Source of the DNA: Limnothrix sp. BL-A-16
GTDB lineage: Bacteria > Cyanobacteriota > Cyanobacteriia > CACIAM-69d
Length of the DNA stretch: 64,000 nucleotides
Reading direction: 5' to 3'
Assembly (NCBI GenBank): GCA_041937175.2
Contig: CP166615.1
Coordinates: 3,808,001 to 3,872,000, forward strand
The position numbers and the translations under genes were made by a program. Shown one piece after another: positions 64,000 through 64,000 of this stretch (position 1 is the stretch's first letter; the number at the start of each line of letters is the position of its first letter). The notes under the pieces are model-generated. The model did not search any database, was not told the DNA's origin, and worked only from the letters and a program-made list of their open reading frames with translations.

Positions 64000-64000
64000 T

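Overview
Chromosomal segment from a HIP1 (GCGATCGC)-rich, moderately GC-rich cyanobacterium. Most of it is core or housekeeping: ureC, recA, tRNA-Arg(TCT), dxs, ycf49, a cysteine desulfurase, rsmA, rbp3, pheA, cobM, mfd, dnaN and trmFO. It also carries signalling genes (a knotless phytochrome/CBCR kinase, a Hik34-like kinase, a hybrid kinase) and two PEP-CTERM proteins. The probable replication origin lies upstream of dnaN, with 11 perfect TTTTCCACA boxes plus a GC clamp and DnaA-trio unwinding module, and no adjacent dnaA. Two accessory areas stand out. (1) A TM-NACHT-GUN4 gene whose extreme 3' end has a 48-nt adenine-free stretch resembling a hypervariable (DGR-type) region, followed by REP-like hairpins and a ~135-bp tandem repeat. 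(2) A right-end hotspot where an IS5/IS1031 element and a HindVP-like type II restriction-modification pair lie between two ~315-bp direct copies of the 5' end of trmFO. There is no integrase, the breakpoint is REP-like, and the region is flanked by REP elements, two Uma2 nucleases and a partial RelE-like gene. All calls come from reading the sequence and the ORF track; no database searches were run.
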